64,000 bases of DNA from NCBI GenBank assembly GCA_036845785.1, contig DAIUDF010000003.1, positions 475-64,474 on the forward strand, given 5' to 3'. Made by a program: the position numbers and the translations under genes. The notes under the pieces are model-generated. The model searched no databases. It was not told the DNA's origin and saw nothing but the letters and a program-made list of their open reading frames with translations. This stretch comes from Candidatus Moraniibacteriota bacterium. Lineage in GTDB: Bacteria > Patescibacteriota > Minisyncoccia > Moranbacterales > GWC2-37-73. Below, one piece after another: positions 1-8,704 of the stretch (positions are counted from its first letter, which is position 1; every line of letters starts with the position of its first letter).

Positions 1-88
1 GGTGGCACACTTGTTTGCTGCGGACAAGAAATGGAAAAAATAGAGGAATAGATACTAGCTTCTAGAATTATTTTGAAAAAATGGAGTT

Positions 89-379
89 GTGCCCCGCACT
101 AACTTTCGTTATATTATTATGTATTATTTTTACGTAATCAAAAATGAATCTGATAAACTATACTATGGATATTCAAGTAATTTAAGAAAAAGACTTTTTG
201 AACACAATAAAGATATTAATTTTTCTACAAAAAAACATGTTTGGAAACTAATTTATTATGAAGCTTATTTTTCTCAAGAAGACGCGAAAGAGAGAGAAAG
301 ACAAATAAAACAATTTGGACAAGCCTGGGCGCAACTTCGAAGAAGAATCAAAAAGTCTTTAAACGAAAGTTAGTGCGGG
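89..379 (+). mobile_element. GIY-YIG mini-cassette: a small GIY-YIG nuclease gene enclosed by perfect 17-bp inverted repeats (92-108 ccccgcactaactttcg / 363-379 cgaaagttagtgcgggg). The stop codon lies inside the right repeat.
   Basis: The inverted repeat was read directly from the sequence. The same repeat arms form an ORF-less hairpin at 62293-62358, and a right-end remnant (ttagtgcgtgttgataac) sits at 19759-19779. Confidence 0.5.
119..373 (+). CDS. GIY-YIG family nuclease (small YhbQ/UPF0213-like protein)
   Basis: The ORF track gives 89..373 with a GTG extension. An in-frame ATG at 119 yields the canonical N-terminus YYFYVIKNESDKLYYGYSSNLRKRLFEHN. A paralog lies at 63463..63720. Confidence 0.7.
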   Translation: MYYFYVIKNESDKLYYGYSSNLRKRLFEHNKDINFSTKKHVWKLIYYEAYFSQEDAKERERQIKQFGQAWAQLRRRIKKSLNES

Positions 380-393
380 GTGTGGATAACTCA

Positions 394-423
394 AAAAAAT
401 GGCTATTTGAAGCCATTTTTTTA
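394..423. terminator. Rho-independent terminator (bidirectional hairpin)
   Basis: aaaaaaatggct-atttga-agccattttttt: an 8-bp stem flanked by an A-run and a T-run. Confidence 0.55.
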
Positions 424-437
424 ATGTCTAAAAAGTG

Positions 438-466
438 TTGACGAGTGTTACTTGGTGGAGTAAAAT
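438..466 (+). promoter_or_regulatory. Sigma70-like promoter for the mraZ operon (TTGACG-N17-TAAAAT)
   Basis: -35 ttgacg at 438-443, a 17-nt spacer, and -10 taaaat at 461-466. It sits ~210 nt upstream of mraZ. Confidence 0.45.
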
Positions 467-501
467 TACATTGTAATACCAAAAAGTGGAATAAAGTGGG
501 G
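455..501 (+). promoter_or_regulatory. Candidate MraZ operator: GTGG(A/G) direct repeats at 455, 486 and 496, the last two spaced 10 bp apart
   Basis: E. coli MraZ is known to bind direct TGGGN-type repeats with 10-bp periodicity just downstream of the mra promoter. Here GTGGA-ataaa-GTGGGG lies immediately after the -10. Confidence 0.3.
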
Positions 502-677
502 AATTAGATGTAATATGAATTGCGACGTAAATCCGTAGGTACGCAAACGAATATTGTATCTATGGAACTCGCACTCACATCATCGATATATTTTTAATTG
601 CTATAAGGGGTAGTTAATGTTTTTACGTTCTCAAAAAAAGACACCCATTGTTTCTAATAAACTAACAAAGTTATCAC

Positions 678-1112
678 ATGTTTATCGGAGAATACCAACA
701 CAGCATTGATCTGAAAAAGCGCCTGGCGCTTCCTTCAAAGTTCCGCAAAGAATTGGGGAAAAATGTTGTTGTGACTAGAGGATTGGATAAGTGCTTGTTT
801 GTCTATCCGGCAAAGGTTTGGAAAGAATTAGCGGAAAAATTGGGAACACTTCCCATGGGAGAATCAACAACCAGAAGTTTTGTGCGTTTGATGCTGGCTG
901 GTGCTGTAGATAGCGATGTTGATGCACAAGGCAGGGTTCTTCTTCCAGAATATTTGAAAACATACGCTGGGCTTAGCCGCAATGTGGTGGTGGCCGGACT
1001 TTTCAATCGGTTGGAAATCTGGGACGAAAAGAAATGGAATACCTATAAAACAGGAGCGGAAAAGAATACAGACGAAATCGCGGAACAATTGGGGAAATTA
1101 GGAATATACTAG
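678..1112 (+). CDS. mraZ: Transcriptional regulator MraZ
   Basis: 144 aa with a duplicated MraZ/SpoVT-AbrB-like fold. It occupies the first position of the dcw cluster, directly before rsmH. Confidence 0.9.
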   Translation: MFIGEYQHSIDLKKRLALPSKFRKELGKNVVVTRGLDKCLFVYPAKVWKELAEKLGTLPMGESTTRSFVRLMLAGAVDSDVDAQGRVLLPEYLKTYAGLSRNVVVAGLFNRLEIWDEKKWNTYKTGAEKNTDEIAEQLGKLGIY

Positions 1113-1132
1113 AAAAAAATTCGAAATACTAA

Positions 1133-1248
1133 ATCCGAAATCCTAAACAATCTCAAAATTTAAATGACAGAAATTCAAAACATTTTAAATTTATAATTTT
1201 GAAAATTAGAATTTGTTTCGAGTTTCGATATTCGTATTTAGGATTTTA
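1133..1248. repeat. ~115-nt hairpin-prone intergenic element, copy A (between mraZ and rsmH)
   Basis: About 85% identical to 22242-22360 over ~100 nt (…taaacaatctcaaaatttaaatgacagaaattcaaaacattttaaatttataattttgaaaattagaatttgtttcgagtttcga…). The ends form aaatcctaaa / tttaggattt inverted repeats. Confidence 0.6.
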
Positions 1249-1255
1249 AACTGTT

Positions 1256-2236
1256 ATGACTATTCATAAATCTGTGCTGCTTGAAGAAACGATTGAAAAT
1301 CTGAATCTTAAGTCGGGAGATGTTGTGGTTGACGCGACGCTTGGAGGCGGAGGACACAGTAAAGTCATTTTAGATAACATTGGCAGAAAAGGTACCTTAA
1401 TTGCATTTGATCAAGATTCAGAAGCTATAGAAAAATTTATCAAATTTCCAATTTCAAATTTCCAATTTCCAAACAAATCCCAAATTATAAATGACAAAAT
1501 ACAAAAGATAGAAAATATTTATTTTATCCACGATAATTTTGCGAATTTAAAGAATATTCTAGCTGATTTAAAAATTGAGAAAGTTGATGCCATTCTGGCG
1601 GACTTAGGAATTTCTTCCGACCAACTGGCAGATGAAAATCGCGGAATAAGTTTTCAAAACGATGCGCCTCTTGATATGCGCATGGATAATACTAAAGGCA
1701 GAACAGCTGCAGATATTCTGAAAACATACAGCGAGCAGGAACTCGTCAGAATTTTGAAAGAATTCTCCGATGAACAATATGCCAAATCAATTGTCCGCAG
1801 CATTGTTCAGGAAAGAGAAAAAAATGAAATTGCTAGAACGCAGCAACTAGTTGAAATTATTGAAAAATCTGTGCCGGGAGAATATAGGCGGAAAAAAATC
1901 CATTTTGCCACCAAAACATTTCAAGCGCTCAGGATGGAAGTGAATCAGGAGCTCAAATCTCTCGATTCGTTTCTTTCCCAGGCAATTGAACTGCTAAAGC
2001 CGGGATCAAGGCTGGCAGTCATCACTTTTCACTCAGGTGAAGATGCGCTGGTAAAAAATAAATTCAGGGAAAATGCAAGGGGATGTATTTGCCCGCCGGA
2101 ATTTCCAGTTTGCCAATGTGGCAGGAAGTCCGTGATCAAATTGATTACTCATAAACCAATTGTGCCAAGCGAAGATGAGGTTAAAAAAAATCCTCGTGCT
2201 CGCAGCGCAAAATTGAGAGTAACAGAAAAGATGTAA
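1256..2236 (+). CDS. rsmH: 16S rRNA (cytosine1402-N4)-methyltransferase RsmH
   Basis: N-terminal SAM-binding region (DATLGGGGHS) and the conserved position after mraZ. A lineage-specific insertion contains a period-7 repeat at 1443-1472. Confidence 0.9.
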   Translation: MTIHKSVLLEETIENLNLKSGDVVVDATLGGGGHSKVILDNIGRKGTLIAFDQDSEAIEKFIKFPISNFQFPNKSQIINDKIQKIENIYFIHDNFANLKNILADLKIEKVDAILADLGISSDQLADENRGISFQNDAPLDMRMDNTKGRTAADILKTYSEQELVRILKEFSDEQYAKSIVRSIVQEREKNEIARTQQLVEIIEKSVPGEYRRKKIHFATKTFQALRMEVNQELKSLDSFLSQAIELLKPGSRLAVITFHSGEDALVKNKFRENARGCICPPEFPVCQCGRKSVIKLITHKPIVPSEDEVKKNPRARSAKLRVTEKM

Positions 2237-2393
2237 GATTCAAATCTGCCCGCTTCGACTCACGGAGATGATCGCTCGTCGACGCGAGGCGAGCGAATTA
2301 ATACCGATTAGCGATAGCTTATTTGTAGATTGGGATATCATTTGTTGATTCGAATAGTAATAAATCTAATTTCTCTGGGGGGATCCATGAGAA

Positions 2394-2798
2394 ATGACTA
2401 ATAGAACAGTTGTCATCAGGAAACAATCTTCTGTTTGGCAACGAAAAACAAAAAGAAAAATACAACCCATATTGGAAATCAAATCACACACGGCTGGATT
2501 TATCAGCCCGGTTTTTGTCGTTTTTGTCTCAGCTATTTTTTGCGGATTATTTTACGTCTACTTGGTCAATCAAACGGCGATAAAAGGAATTGCTATCCGC
2601 AATGCCGAAAAGGAAATCGAAGAACAGATGAAAAATAATGAGATTTTAAAAATAAAAGAAGCTGAACTCAAGTCACTGTATAAAATCGAAGAACAATCGA
2701 AACAAATGGAAATGATCAATGTATCCCAGGTCAAATATCTTGAAGATAATTCGTCCGTGGCTTTGAACAGCAATCCGAATTTGAAAAAAAATAAATAA
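2394..2798 (+). CDS. ftsL: FtsL-like cell division protein (single TM helix plus coiled coil)
   Basis: 134 aa with a TM helix (FISPVFVVFVSAIFCGLFYVYLV) followed by a Lys/Glu-rich coiled coil. It lies between rsmH and ftsI, as ftsL does in other genomes. Confidence 0.45.
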   Translation: MTNRTVVIRKQSSVWQRKTKRKIQPILEIKSHTAGFISPVFVVFVSAIFCGLFYVYLVNQTAIKGIAIRNAEKEIEEQMKNNEILKIKEAELKSLYKIEEQSKQMEMINVSQVKYLEDNSSVALNSNPNLKKNK

Positions 2799-2827
2799 TC
2801 GCCGCAATTATTTGAACGTAAGATTTT

Positions 2828-4726
2828 ATGGCAATGAAACCAATAAAACAGAAAACGCCGTATTTATTATCTGCAGGCGGTAGTTTTAGAATATATTTTC
2901 TTGTTTTTTTCATTTTTATCGTGGCAACATGCATTTTGGCCAAGTTATATTTTTTGCAGATTGTCAAACATCCGCTTTATCAGGAAATAGCGCAAAACCA
3001 GCATGAGAAGACAATGACAATTTCAGCCAATCGGGGTGAAATATTTCTGCAAGATGACAACAATGAATTATATCCTTTAGCGATCAACAGGGCATTGCAG
3101 ATGGCTTATGCGGTGCCGCGGGAAATGAAAGATTTTTACGACGCAGCGGGAAAACTTTCAGAAATTCTGGGTTTGGAAAAAGATTTTCTTGCAAATAAAT
3201 TAAGCGACAAGGAAGATGTGTTTGAAATACTCAAACACAAGCTGTCAGACGAAGAAGTGCTGAAAATCAAAGAAGCGAAAATTCCCGGCGTATATCTATC
3301 GCCAGAGAATTTTAGGTATTATCCGGCTGGAGAACTGGCAGCTCAAATTGCCGGCTTTGTTGGTTCGGATGGCGAAAAACAGAAAGGCATGTATGGCCTG
3401 GAAGCCTATTGGGATGAAGAACTTAGCGGACAGCCGGGGAAAATTGAACAAGAAAGCGACTCGCGCGGACGCTGGATTCCGGCTGGGGAACGCAATATTA
3501 CTGAAATGAAAGAAGGCTATGATTTGGTTTTGACGATCAATCACACGGTGCAATTTGAAGTGGAAAAAATTCTGAAAGAAGCGGTTGAGGGATTCAGTGC
3601 TGACAGCGGTACGGCCATAGTTATGGAAGCGAAAACCGGAAAAATTCTAGCTTTAGCCAATCGGCCGAGTTTTAATCCCAATGAATTTTCAAAAGTTGAA
3701 GATATTTCGGTTTTTAGCAATCCAGCTGTGAGTCAGCCATATGAATGCGGTTCGGTTTTTAAGGCTTTTACTTTAGCGGCTGGTTTAGATAGCGGGAAAA
3801 TAAATCCGAATACTACTTATAATGATACGGGAGCAGTCATAGAAGCCGGTTATGAAATCCGCAACTCCGATTTAAAAGCCAATGGAATACAGACAATGAC
3901 GCAGGTTTTGGAAAACTCTCTGAATACCGGAGTTATTTATGTTGAAAAATTGGTTGGCAATAAAGTTTTTTCTGATTATATCCATCGCTTCGGTTTTGGA
4001 GAAAAAAGCAATATTGAAATCCCGGGAGAAGTTCCGGGCAATACTAAAAATCTGGATAATCCCAGAATAACTATCAATTTTTTCACCGCAGCTTTCGGGC
4101 AGGGAATTTCAGTTACACCTGTTCAGCTTATTTCAGCTTATGCGGCTTTGGCCAACAAGGGAATTCTTATGAAGCCGCAAATTATTGAAGAAATTCGCCG
4201 GAGCGACGGCAGCAGCGAAAAAATAAATCCGGAAGAAGTCCGACAAGTCATTTCAGAAAATTCAGCCCAACAAATTTCCGAAATGCTGAGATCAGTTGTT
4301 GTTAATGGCCACGGAAAGAGGGCAGATGTGCCTGGCTATTTGGTTGGCGGAAAAACCGGAACAGCCCAAGTGGCTAAAACCGGGGCCAAGGGCTATGAAG
4401 AAGGCATGAATATAGGTTCTTTTGCGGGTTATGCTCCAACCAATGATCCGCGTTTCGTTGTTTTGATCAAAATAGTCAATCCGAAGGGTCTGCAATGGGC
4501 GGAATCTTCAGCTGCTCCGACGTTTGGACAAATTATGAAATTTCTGCTGGAATACTATAAGGTGCAGCCGACAGAAGATCCTTCGACTAGCCCTTTGGCT
4601 AAAATGGCGCCCTTAAAATGGCCGCCAGGTCAAACTACTACGCCAACAGCCGTTATTTCCAATGACAAGAAAGATGATGAAAAGAAGAAAAAAGATGGAG
4701 ATAAAGTAATAACGTCAGAGGATTAA
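2828..4726 (+). CDS. ftsI: Peptidoglycan D,D-transpeptidase FtsI (class B penicillin-binding protein)
   Basis: N-terminal TM anchor and PBP dimerisation domain. The transpeptidase motifs SVFK (SxxK), SLN (SxN-type) and KTGT are present, and the gene follows ftsL. Confidence 0.9.
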   Translation: MAMKPIKQKTPYLLSAGGSFRIYFLVFFIFIVATCILAKLYFLQIVKHPLYQEIAQNQHEKTMTISANRGEIFLQDDNNELYPLAINRALQMAYAVPREMKDFYDAAGKLSEILGLEKDFLANKLSDKEDVFEILKHKLSDEEVLKIKEAKIPGVYLSPENFRYYPAGELAAQIAGFVGSDGEKQKGMYGLEAYWDEELSGQPGKIEQESDSRGRWIPAGERNITEMKEGYDLVLTINHTVQFEVEKILKEAVEGFSADSGTAIVMEAKTGKILALANRPSFNPNEFSKVEDISVFSNPAVSQPYECGSVFKAFTLAAGLDSGKINPNTTYNDTGAVIEAGYEIRNSDLKANGIQTMTQVLENSLNTGVIYVEKLVGNKVFSDYIHRFGFGEKSNIEIPGEVPGNTKNLDNPRITINFFTAAFGQGISVTPVQLISAYAALANKGILMKPQIIEEIRRSDGSSEKINPEEVRQVISENSAQQISEMLRSVVVNGHGKRADVPGYLVGGKTGTAQVAKTGAKGYEEGMNIGSFAGYAPTNDPRFVVLIKIVNPKGLQWAESSAAPTFGQIMKFLLEYYKVQPTEDPSTSPLAKMAPLKWPPGQTTTPTAVISNDKKDDEKKKKDGDKVITSED

Positions 4727-4800
4727 TTATTTTTTTATTTATAGTTTATTTGCAAAAACCTGATTAGTATATTAGTAATCAATTCGTAATTTTTAGGTTC

Positions 4801-6096
4801 ATGAAATCGAAAAAAATAATATTTCTCGAAAAAATTTTGCGGTTTATGGCCGTAGCAATTTTGAAAAGACATAAGCCGAAAATTGTCGCCATAACCGGTT
4901 CAGTTGGTAAAACTTCCGCGCGGGAAGCAGTTTTTGTCGTGCTGTCTTCCAAATATAAAGTGCGGCAGAATCTCAAGAATTATAATAATGAAATCGGGAT
5001 CCCTTTGACGATTATCGGCGCAGAAAGCGGAAATAAAAATATTTTCAAATGGTTTTGGATCTTTCTTAAATGGATCTATGCTTTGATTTTCCCTTTTTAT
5101 CCGGAAATATTGATTTTCGAATTGGCCGTCGATCGTCCGGGCGATATGAAATACTTCATGTCTTTCATTAAACCAGATATTGGTATCGTAACTAATGTTT
5201 CTTTGAGTCATATTGAATTTTTTAAAACAGTTGAAAACATTGCCAGAGAAAAGCGCGTGCTTGTTGAATCTTTGCCGGCAGACGGTTTTGCAATTTTAAA
5301 TGGAGATGATGAATTGACATTAAAGATGGGAGAGCACACCAAAGCAGAAGTTATAACCTATGGACAAAATGAGGATGTGACCGTCAATGCTTCAAATCTT
5401 TTATATAATTATCAAGACAGTCAGCCGGACGGCATAAGTTTCAAACTTAATTATGAAGGAAAGAATATTCCCATCCGTTTAAAAAATCTTTTAGCATCGC
5501 ATTATGTTTATGCTGCGCTAGCTGGAATCAGCGCCGGAATAATTTTTAAAATAAATATCATAGACATTGCTCAGGCGCTTGAAAGCATGTGTGCTCCAAT
5601 AGGACGCCTGAATCTTATTGATGGCGAGCAGGGAAGTCATATTATTGATGACACGTATAATGCATCTCCGCTTTCCACTCTCTCTGCTTTGAATGTGCTG
5701 GAGCATATGAATGCAAGAAGAAAAATTGCGGTGCTTGGTGATATGCTGGAACTGGGAGAAAAAACTGAAATTGGGCACAGGGAAGTGGGAAAAAAAATAT
5801 TTTCTGCCAGAATTAATTTGTTTGTAGCGGTCGGAAAACAAATGCAATATGCTATCCAACAATTGCGGGAAATGGGTTTTTCCAAATCCAATATTTTGTA
5901 TTTTGAAAATCCTATTGAGGCAGCCAAAAAAATTGCCGGAATGATTCAGGAGGATGATCTAATTTTGGTCAAAGGTTCGCAAGGCATGCGGATGGAAAAA
6001 ATAGTGGAAGAAATCATGGCGGATAAATTGCAGGCTAAAAAACTTCTTTGTCGGCAGAATAGGGAATGGAAAAGGAAACCATTCGCAATGCCTTAA
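4801..6096 (+). CDS. murF: UDP-N-acetylmuramoyl-tripeptide--D-alanyl-D-alanine ligase MurF
   Basis: Mur ligase P-loop ITGSVGKTS and a C-terminal DDTYNASP (the MurF DDSYNANP motif). It contains a ~30-aa hydrophobic insertion at about nt 5020-5116. Confidence 0.8.
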   Translation: MKSKKIIFLEKILRFMAVAILKRHKPKIVAITGSVGKTSAREAVFVVLSSKYKVRQNLKNYNNEIGIPLTIIGAESGNKNIFKWFWIFLKWIYALIFPFYPEILIFELAVDRPGDMKYFMSFIKPDIGIVTNVSLSHIEFFKTVENIAREKRVLVESLPADGFAILNGDDELTLKMGEHTKAEVITYGQNEDVTVNASNLLYNYQDSQPDGISFKLNYEGKNIPIRLKNLLASHYVYAALAGISAGIIFKINIIDIAQALESMCAPIGRLNLIDGEQGSHIIDDTYNASPLSTLSALNVLEHMNARRKIAVLGDMLELGEKTEIGHREVGKKIFSARINLFVAVGKQMQYAIQQLREMGFSKSNILYFENPIEAAKKIAGMIQEDDLILVKGSQGMRMEKIVEEIMADKLQAKKLLCRQNREWKRKPFAMP

Positions 6097-6112
6097 AATT
6101 TTTTTAAAAACT

Positions 6113-6140
6113 ATTCTCTAATTCTCGAGAATTAGAGAAT
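6113..6140. terminator. Perfect 28-bp palindrome (attctctaattctc|gagaattagagaat) followed by a T-rich run. Likely the murF terminator, and related to the 1133/22242 element core.
   Basis: Palindrome read from the sequence, with aatttgtttgtg downstream. Confidence 0.45.
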
Positions 6141-6152
6141 AATTTGTTTGTG

Positions 6153-6180
6153 TTGATTAATTTGCAATAGTTGCTATTAT
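6153..6180 (+). promoter_or_regulatory. Candidate promoter for tRNA-Glu (TTGATT-N16-TATTAT)
   Basis: Hexamers read from the sequence, 20 nt upstream of the tRNA 5' end. Confidence 0.3.
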
Positions 6181-6199
6181 ATAGTTTGTTTTATAATAT

Positions 6200-6271
6200 G
6201 CCGAATTCGTCTAGTGGTTAGGACTCCAGATTCTCATTCTGGCAACACGGGTTCGACTCCCGTATTCGGTA
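6200..6271 (+). tRNA. tRNA-Glu (anticodon CTC), CCA not encoded
   Basis: Cloverleaf folded by hand: acceptor gccgaat/attcggt, D-arm gtct..ggac, anticodon stem ccaga/tctgg with loop ttCTCat, T-arm acggg-ttcgact-cccgt. Confidence 0.85.
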
Positions 6272-6356
6272 CAAAAGTAAATGCGTGGTTCAGTTATAAA
6301 TAAGTCCAAAGCGGACTTTATTTTGTTTATTGACTTGATTTTCAATAGCTGAAATA

Positions 6357-7463
6357 ATGGGAGAAGTTAAGAATAAAACAAATTTTATGGATTTTAAGAA
6401 AACCTTAGCAGGATTAAAAAAAGAAATAGACAAAGAATTGGAGCTTCAATTGGATATTATTATCAGGGATATCCAAAAAAAAGATGTTCTAATGACTGAA
6501 GCTTTCAGGCATGTAAAAAAAATAATACTGGCCGGAGGCAAGAGAATCCGCGGAGCGCTTCTCTGTCAGGCCTATTTTGGATTGGGCGGCAAGGAAAAAA
6601 AGAAAATTTTGAAAGTAGCGGCTGCTGTTGAATTGATGCACATGTTTTTTCTTGTTCATGATGATATTATGGACAGAGGAGAATTAAGACATGGCAAAAT
6701 AACTTTGCATCGAATGTTTTCTCTGGAAAATAAAAAATATAATTTAAAAAATGAAAATGACAGAGAACATTTTGGAAACTCAGAAGCTATTATTGTGGGA
6801 GATATGTTGTATGTAATTGCTAATAAAATTATTATTAAAGCAGGATTTAAGCCGAAAATATCTATTGAAATGCTTACAAAATTGCAGTCTATAGCCGAAA
6901 CTACTGCTATTGGCCAATCTCAGGATTGGCTTATTACATATAAGAATAAAATAACAAAAAAAGAAATTATGGATGTATTGAAAAATAAAACTGCTAAATA
7001 TACTTTTGAAGGACCCTTACAAATGGGCGCCATATTGGCTGGCTGTAATAATAAAAAAATGATGAAAATTCTCAGCAATTATGCGCTTTCAACAGGAATT
7101 GCTTTTCAGATCCAAGACGATATTTTAGGAATTTTCGGCGATGAGAAAAAAATGGGAAAATCATCCGCTTCCGACATTGAAGAAGGAAAGCAAACGCTTT
7201 TGGTTATGAAAGCCAAGGAAAAAGCAAATTTTTTGCAAAAAAAACAACTCAATTCAATTCTAGGCAGGAAAAATTTGACACAAAAAGAAATCAAAAATTT
7301 TCAAAATATTCTAAAATCTACGGGAGCTTTGGAATATTCGAAAAAAATGTCAGCAGACTATCTTGTCAGAGGGAAAAAAGAAATTAAAAAAATGCCTTTT
7401 TCCTCTGATACAAAAAAATTTCTTTTAGGTCTGGCTGAATATTTGGAAGATAGGGAAAAGTAG
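6357..7463 (+). CDS. Trans-polyprenyl diphosphate synthase (IspB/GGPPS family)
   Basis: First DDxxD motif (LVHDDIMDRGELRHGK) and second DDxxD motif (FQIQDDILGIFGD). The true start may be the downstream Met at 6387, since a TTGACT-N17-AATAAT promoter overlaps 6320-6350. Confidence 0.8.
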   Translation: MGEVKNKTNFMDFKKTLAGLKKEIDKELELQLDIIIRDIQKKDVLMTEAFRHVKKIILAGGKRIRGALLCQAYFGLGGKEKKKILKVAAAVELMHMFFLVHDDIMDRGELRHGKITLHRMFSLENKKYNLKNENDREHFGNSEAIIVGDMLYVIANKIIIKAGFKPKISIEMLTKLQSIAETTAIGQSQDWLITYKNKITKKEIMDVLKNKTAKYTFEGPLQMGAILAGCNNKKMMKILSNYALSTGIAFQIQDDILGIFGDEKKMGKSSASDIEEGKQTLLVMKAKEKANFLQKKQLNSILGRKNLTQKEIKNFQNILKSTGALEYSKKMSADYLVRGKKEIKKMPFSSDTKKFLLGLAEYLEDREK

Positions 7464-7560
7464 TAAAAAATGTAAATTTTTGGATTAGCAAGGCAAAGAT
7501 TATTGTTGAAAGCAGAAAATTTTTATGATACAATTAAGATTAATCATTCTTCTAACTTAG

Positions 7561-8277
7561 ATGTCAAACGACGAAAAAAACATAATTCCAAAACATGTGG
7601 CAATAATTCCGGATGGCAATCGCCGTTGGGCAAAAGAACGCGGGCTTAAACCGTGGGAAGGGCATGTTGCCGGAGCGGATAATACGGAAACACTTCTTCA
7701 AAAGGCGTTGAAAATTGGCATAGAATGCCTTTCCATGTGGGGCTCGTCTCTGGAAAACCTCAAAAAAAGACCAATAGAGGAAAGCCGTGCATTGTTGCGT
7801 ATTTATGAGGATCATTTTTCCAAATTACTCAAAAGCGACGCTATCCATGATCATCAGGTAAGAATAAATTTTATCGGCAATTGGGAAGAGCAATTTCCGG
7901 ATTCGTTAAAAAAAATATTATACAGTTGCGTTGAGGCAACAAAAAATTATTCCAAGCACACACTGAATTTTTTTCTGGCTTACAGTGGGGATGAGGAAAT
8001 GGTGGATACGGTAAAACAGATCATAAAAAAAGGAATTTCCGCTGAAACTGTTTCCAAGGAAATAATCAAAAATAATTTAATGACAAAAAAATTGCCGGCT
8101 GTGGATTTTATGATACGCACAGGCGGTGAACCGCATTTGAGCGCCGGTTTTATGATGTGGGATACTGCCAATTCGCAGCTCTATTTTTCCGAAAAATATT
8201 TTCCTGATTTCGGAGCTGATGAATTTGAAGAAGCAATCGAAGATTTTTCGCGCAGGAATCGGAGATTGGGCAAATAA
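7561..8277 (+). CDS. uppS: Undecaprenyl diphosphate synthase (di-trans,poly-cis-prenyltransferase)
   Basis: HVAIIPDGNRRWAKERG and the FSxENxxR-type motifs that are diagnostic of cis-IPPS enzymes. Confidence 0.9.
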   Translation: MSNDEKNIIPKHVAIIPDGNRRWAKERGLKPWEGHVAGADNTETLLQKALKIGIECLSMWGSSLENLKKRPIEESRALLRIYEDHFSKLLKSDAIHDHQVRINFIGNWEEQFPDSLKKILYSCVEATKNYSKHTLNFFLAYSGDEEMVDTVKQIIKKGISAETVSKEIIKNNLMTKKLPAVDFMIRTGGEPHLSAGFMMWDTANSQLYFSEKYFPDFGADEFEEAIEDFSRRNRRLGK

Positions 8278-8324
8278 TTATATTTAATTAAACTTTTAAA
8301 ATATAATTTTTTTTATCTAATTTT

Positions 8325-8642
8325 ATGGCAATGGAATTTACTGATCAAAATTTTGATCAAGAAGTTTTGCAAGGCAAGGGAGTTGTGCTGGTGTATTTTT
8401 GGGCTAGCTGGTGCGGGCCTTGCCAGATGATGGGTCCGATCATTGATGAACTGGCTGAAGAATTTGAGAACAAAGCCAAAATTGGCAAATGCGGCGTTGA
8501 AAAAAATGAAGAAACTGCCACAAAATATGATGTCATGTCTATTCCGACCATTAAAATATTTAAATACGGAAAAATAATCAAAGAATTTGCAGGCGCTCAA
8601 AACAAAGAAATCATCAAAGAAGCGATTGGAGCAGCTTTATAA
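8325..8642 (+). CDS. trxA: Thioredoxin
   Basis: WCGPC active site in a 105-aa protein. Confidence 0.9.
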   Translation: MAMEFTDQNFDQEVLQGKGVVLVYFWASWCGPCQMMGPIIDELAEEFENKAKIGKCGVEKNEETATKYDVMSIPTIKIFKYGKIIKEFAGAQNKEIIKEAIGAAL

Positions 8643-8704
8643 GGCAATATTGATAAAACATAAAAAATAGGGAAAACACAAAGCATTATTTATAATTTTT
8701 TATT

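Noticed and set aside
89-118. GTG start at 89 for the first GIY-YIG gene
   Set aside because: That extension is translated from the inverted-repeat arm. The internal ATG at 119 gives the canonical GIY-YIG N-terminus, matching the paralog at 63463.
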